Source of the DNA: Candidatus Latescibacterota bacterium
Lineage (GTDB): Bacteria; Latescibacterota; UBA2968; UBA8231
Assembly: GCA_965243025.1 (NCBI GenBank)
Contig: CBDETY010000003.1
Coordinates: 6,112,001-6,176,000, forward strand
Reading direction: 5' to 3'
DNA length: 64,000 bases
This document shows positions 60,396 through 64,000 of this stretch, one piece after another. The notes beneath the pieces were generated by a model that worked only from the letters and a program-made list of their open reading frames with translations, was not told the DNA's origin and searched no databases. Each line of letters opens with the position of its first letter. The stretch's first letter is position 1. Made by a program: the position numbers and the translations under genes.

Positions 60396-61358
60396 ATGAC
60401 GAAGCGAATTACCGCAGTCCTCGCGGCAGGAGTGCTTGTGATCTCCGCCGGAGCCCTCTTCGCCCAGGAAGTTCCGGAGCGTATCAGGGACATCCCCCGA
60501 TTCGAGGTCCAGCCCGTTCTCGACGGGGACCGGTTCAGCCACACCGACGAGTGGACCGGAGCCTATCACTACGAGTGCTCCATCAGCCAGATTCTGCGAG
60601 AAGGAGCCGAGTACGGGTGGCGTGACGTGGAACTGCAGCGAGGAGAGATCAGCGCCAATCAGCTCAACCAGAGCGAGGGTGAGGACGGTGCCGAGGCCCT
60701 GACCGATGCCGACGTTTCCGGGAACATCTGGCACGGGTGGGACGAGGAAGCCTTTTTCTACATTGCAGAAGTAAGGGACAACGTCCGCGACGTGGTGGGC
60801 GGCGGCGGAAACCCGGTCGCATGGTGGGAGCGCGACAGCATCTCTCTCTACCTCGACGTCCTGAACGAGAAGACCGGCGGCGACATCACCGGAGAGTATA
60901 TCAACCTCAACATCGTCAACTTCGTGGCCGCGCCGATGAACTCGAGCGAGGTCACCCGGACGCTCGAGAACACGGTCCAGGGAGGCCGGGAGCAGACGCA
61001 GGATCCCGACCTGATGGAAGGCCTCGAATACGGCTGGCAGGACCGCGGCGACGAGTACGGCGGCGAAGCGGACTACTCGCTCGAGGGCAAGATCTCCTGG
61101 TCGACCCTGGTGCGGGCGGGAAACCTGCCCCAGGCCCCGAGCGTGGGCTCCGAGATGGGCTTTTCCTGGATCATCCTCGATCCGGACGGCGACGAGGCCT
61201 ACGGAGGCCAGATCCTCTGTGAAGGCTGGGCCTCCGAAGCCGCCAACTACGCGACGATGATCTTCACCGACAATCGCGTAGGCCCCGCGGAAGGAACCGT
61301 TACTGCAGTCGAATCCGATTCCTGGGCGCGAATCAAGGCCAGCTTCGATCGTCAGTAG
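60396..61358 (+). CDS. Secreted acidic protein with CBM9/DOMON-like sugar-binding domain
   Basis: Signal peptide ending LFA; P.LDG, WDEE.FFY.AEV.D, DSI.LYLD, Y.LEGKI.W..L, GF.W.I.D.D; C-terminal tail TAVESDSWARIKASF. Confidence 0.72.
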   Translation: MTKRITAVLAAGVLVISAGALFAQEVPERIRDIPRFEVQPVLDGDRFSHTDEWTGAYHYECSISQILREGAEYGWRDVELQRGEISANQLNQSEGEDGAEALTDADVSGNIWHGWDEEAFFYIAEVRDNVRDVVGGGGNPVAWWERDSISLYLDVLNEKTGGDITGEYINLNIVNFVAAPMNSSEVTRTLENTVQGGREQTQDPDLMEGLEYGWQDRGDEYGGEADYSLEGKISWSTLVRAGNLPQAPSVGSEMGFSWIILDPDGDEAYGGQILCEGWASEAANYATMIFTDNRVGPAEGTVTAVESDSWARIKASFDRQ

Positions 61359-61394
61359 CAGACAGTTCCTTCAGTCCGGATTCGTCCGGTTTTC

Positions 61395-61429
61395 AGGGCC
61401 TTCCCCTCGCGCGGGGGAAGGCCCTTTTT
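61395..61429 (+). terminator. Intrinsic terminator
   Basis: AGGGCCTTCCCC...GGGGAAGGCCCT followed by TTTT. Confidence 0.85.
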
Positions 61430-61490
61430 CTTGCTTTTATCTCCCCGGGGAGCTGACTGGCCGCTGGATTCCACGAGCCCGAATTTCCGG

Positions 61491-61519
61491 TTGACTGGCT
61501 ATCCCCGGCGGGTTACTTT
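61491..61519 (+). promoter_or_regulatory. Sigma70-type promoter for the 61700 ORF
   Basis: TTGACT (61491-96), 17-nt spacer, TACTTT (61514-19). Confidence 0.55.
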
Positions 61520-61699
61520 TCCGCGACTTGCGGACCCGAATGAGGGTGTTTTCCGAATTGTGAAACCACCATTTTCCGTCGACCGTTGCCCGGCAACGGG
61601 TAACGGCATTTTACCGGTTTGGTTCTGTGATCGCAGTTTGCGGCGGATGGGCCCTGCCTTGAGTTCCCCCCGCCGTCGCTAGTTCTGAAAGGGACAAGC

Positions 61700-64000
61700 A
61701 TGCCACCTGTGCCCGCACTTTCCCGTCTGCTCTGGATTCCGATATGCGTGCCCGGCGCCCTCCTTTTTTTCCAGGCTGATTCCGCGTCCGCCCAGCGCCA
61801 CCCCGAATCGCAGGGGGCCCTGTCTTACTACCGGGACGATCCGACGGTGCTCGTCGAACCCGCGTGGAAGCGGCGCCCGGCTTTTCTCCGCGGTCCCCTG
61901 GACCGGATGGAGCGAGGTCGCTCGCGGCGCTGGCTGGGAACCGAAGATGCTGTTTCCTACCTCAATTACGCCCAGGAGAAATACATCCTCTACCACCGCG
62001 AGTTGACCCCGTGGGCAATCCAGGGAGGCCGGCCCTTCAAGACCCGCAACGTGCACTGGGACCGCGTCGGCAACTACATGGGTTCCGGGTACCAACGGGT
62101 GTTCTCGATCGAGGAATCCCGTTCCAATACCACCGACGTCGGGTTCAGCTACGTCGACCACAAGTTCCACACGATGCGCATCGGCCACTACTCCTACAAG
62201 GATCTTCACTGGACGATGACCGTCGGTGGAGTAGGGGCTCAGAAGGTTCGCACCATCTTTACGCCGCTGACTCTCACCCAGACGCAGATGAGCGTCGCCC
62301 GCCTCGACCTCGACTATCTCGGCCGGGACCGGGCGACGGTTCTGTATTCCCGGGGGGGCCGCGTCGGCACCAACGTGCTGTTCTCCCAGTGGGCTCTGGC
62401 ATCCGGTGACGACTCCTTCGACGAGGCCCCGGTCATGGTCTACGGAGGCCACTGGCAGCGCGACGTCGGCGACTACATGACATTCGGCACCAGTTTCGTA
62501 AACCAGATTCTCAACGATGCCAGTTCCGCCCGCAGCGACGCCTGGCGGGGTGATCTCGGCTATGATATGCTGGGCCCGAGATCGATCTTCGTCCATATAG
62601 CCGACGACTCGCCGCTCGAAACCCGCGCCAACGCCAGGACGTACGGCGTCGACATCTTCATTACCGGGGAACGGGACGGCGAACCGGTCAAGCTGAGTTC
62701 CCAGAGCGATGCTTCGGGTTTCGAGTTCGACAGCCGTCTCGCCGCGACTGTCAGCGGCGGCCGTACGATCACGGGAGGAGGCCGCGAGGCGGTCGTTTAC
62801 GACGATGTGATTTACGAGTTCACCATCCCGGAAGACATTTCGGTCGTATCCGCCAGGTTTGTCGCCGATGTCGCCGACGATTACAAGATCGGGATCCGGC
62901 AGATTCACGATTATCCCGGGGTAGACAGGGATGGCAACCTCAGTCTGTCCGAATCGGAATGGCCGGTGAGCTTCGATGTTCTTCAGGCGGCCTCGCGAAG
63001 ACCTTTCAAGTGGGCGAAGGAAGAGGAGGAAAACCTCTACTACACCGTCGTGCGCTCCTCGGGAAAGGCGAGCGCCGGCGGCAATCGCAAACTCGTTTCC
63101 TTCGACTACGGAATGCCCACCGGTCAGAACCTCGCATCCTTCAACTTCGCGGCAGACCTGGTGGGACTCGAGATCCAGGGGGAGGTGGCGCGCAACCTGC
63201 AGAACTTCATCTACCCGGTCGGGACCAACCTGGGTTCCCGCCACAAGGATGCCGCCCTGGCCTACTGGTTCAAGGGCTTGAAGGACTTGCCTTCCGGTCT
63301 GTCTCTCGGGGGTGAGCTGTTCCGCATGGAACCGGACTACGCCGGCGGTTACGACAGTTGGCGAGGGGGCATGGCGTTTCATCTCGACCAGCAGTCCGGC
63401 AGGCGGGTCAACTCTTTCACGCAGGAGTATCCGCTGCTCGAAGACAACGACGACAACGATCAGTGGCCGGACGAACACGCCAGCGAAAACCCGACGCCGG
63501 GAGATCTCTATCCCGGGTGGCCCAACTCGAGCGTCTACCCCGGCCTGGACCTGAACTCCGACAACATACCCGATCCGGACCGCAACGAGAACTTTATCCC
63601 CGACTGGGAAGAAGCCTTCCTCACCTACGTCTCGGAGCCTCCTGACTTCGTCTACGGCATCGACCTGAACAACAACGCCGTGCCCGATTTCCGCGAGAAC
63701 GACGACCTGCCCGACTTTCCGTATCCGAAGGACCAGAAAGGCTACCACTTGTTCCTGGGGTTCGAGAGACTCGGGGCCTTCGGGAAGAACCTGTCGATAG
63801 GGCGCTACGACACCAGGCAGGTAGCCGGCGGCGGTGAGTCGAAGGCGGTTTACCTGAGGTATTCCCACGATTACGAAAACCCGGGAATCTTCTCCCTGAG
63901 GGTAAACTACGACGTCAAGCAGGTTCAGGACGACATCCTCGACCACACCTTCGTCTGGATCGTGCCGCCTGACGACGTCAATATCGTCGCCTGGATCAAC
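61700..64000 (+). CDS. Large exported/outer-membrane protein with acidic Ca-binding-like loops (3' truncated; absent from the ORF track)
   Basis: AAGGGA RBS and ATG 61700 (MPPVPALSRLLWIPICVPGALLFFQADSASAQ...). Spot checks at the start, middle and end read in the same frame to the window edge (...VPPDDVNIVAWIN). Track ORF 61679..63946(-) is its antisense shadow. Confidence 0.85.
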   Translation, partial: MPPVPALSRLLWIPICVPGALLFFQADSASAQRHPESQGALSYYRDDPTVLVEPAWKRRPAFLRGPLDRMERGRSRRWLGTEDAVSYLNYAQEKYILYHRELTPWAIQGGRPFKTRNVHWDRVGNYMGSGYQRVFSIEESRSNTTDVGFSYVDHKFHTMRIGHYSYKDLHWTMTVGGVGAQKVRTIFTPLTLTQTQMSVARLDLDYLGRDRATVLYSRGGRVGTNVLFSQWALASGDDSFDEAPVMVYGGHWQRDVGDYMTFGTSFVNQILNDASSARSDAWRGDLGYDMLGPRSIFVHIADDSPLETRANARTYGVDIFITGERDGEPVKLSSQSDASGFEFDSRLAATVSGGRTITGGGREAVVYDDVIYEFTIPEDISVVSARFVADVADDYKIGIRQIHDYPGVDRDGNLSLSESEWPVSFDVLQAASRRPFKWAKEEEENLYYTVVRSSGKASAGGNRKLVSFDYGMPTGQNLASFNFAADLVGLEIQGEVARNLQNFIYPVGTNLGSRHKDAALAYWFKGLKDLPSGLSLGGELFRMEPDYAGGYDSWRGGMAFHLDQQSGRRVNSFTQEYPLLEDNDDNDQWPDEHASENPTPGDLYPGWPNSSVYPGLDLNSDNIPDPDRNENFIPDWEEAFLTYVSEPPDFVYGIDLNNNAVPDFRENDDLPDFPYPKDQKGYHLFLGFERLGAFGKNLSIGRYDTRQVAGGGESKAVYLRYSHDYENPGIFSLRVNYDVKQVQDDILDHTFVWIVPPDDVNIVAWIN

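Noticed and set aside
61679-63946. 755-aa minus-strand ORF, and similar long antisense ORFs such as 1193..3067, 9987..11954, 15077..16786, 20767..22758 and 51231..53213
   Set aside because: These are antisense shadows of real genes caused by high GC3; they have no motifs of their own.

Overview
GC-rich bacterial chromosomal segment. The gene content (DUF4159, DUF6785/6784 transporters, four CRTAC1/ASPIC-UnbV proteins, many TPR proteins, PhyH dioxygenases, enolase-superfamily paralogs, an LRR/L-domain lipoprotein) suggests an uncultured FCB-related lineage such as Latescibacterota; this taxonomy is inference. About 1-39 kb is accessory: an envelope operon, sugar-acid catabolism genes, two inverted transporter paralogs, two copies of a MITE-like structured element and tandem MFS/spermidine-synthase fusions. 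About 39-50 kb is a minus-strand housekeeping block: tRNA-Arg, thrC, nadD, bamD, cpoB, rfaE2, tRNA-His/Arg/Pro, pyrF, rnpB, a zinc-ribbon gene and a split transketolase. About 50-64 kb is a second envelope block ending in a large ORF (61700 to the window edge) that the ORF track missed. Best hidden signals: (1) a DUF3179 lipoprotein with an in-frame UGA at the conserved Cys position followed by a SECIS-like hairpin (probable selenoprotein); (2) a hypothetical lineage-specific envelope/export system built around TonB-like anchored DUF4159 paralogs; (3) a CTAG-targeting MITE inserted at a stop codon; (4) two enolase-superfamily paralogs with the rare R-x-Y/D-E-H active site. All product calls come from motif recognition; no searches were run.
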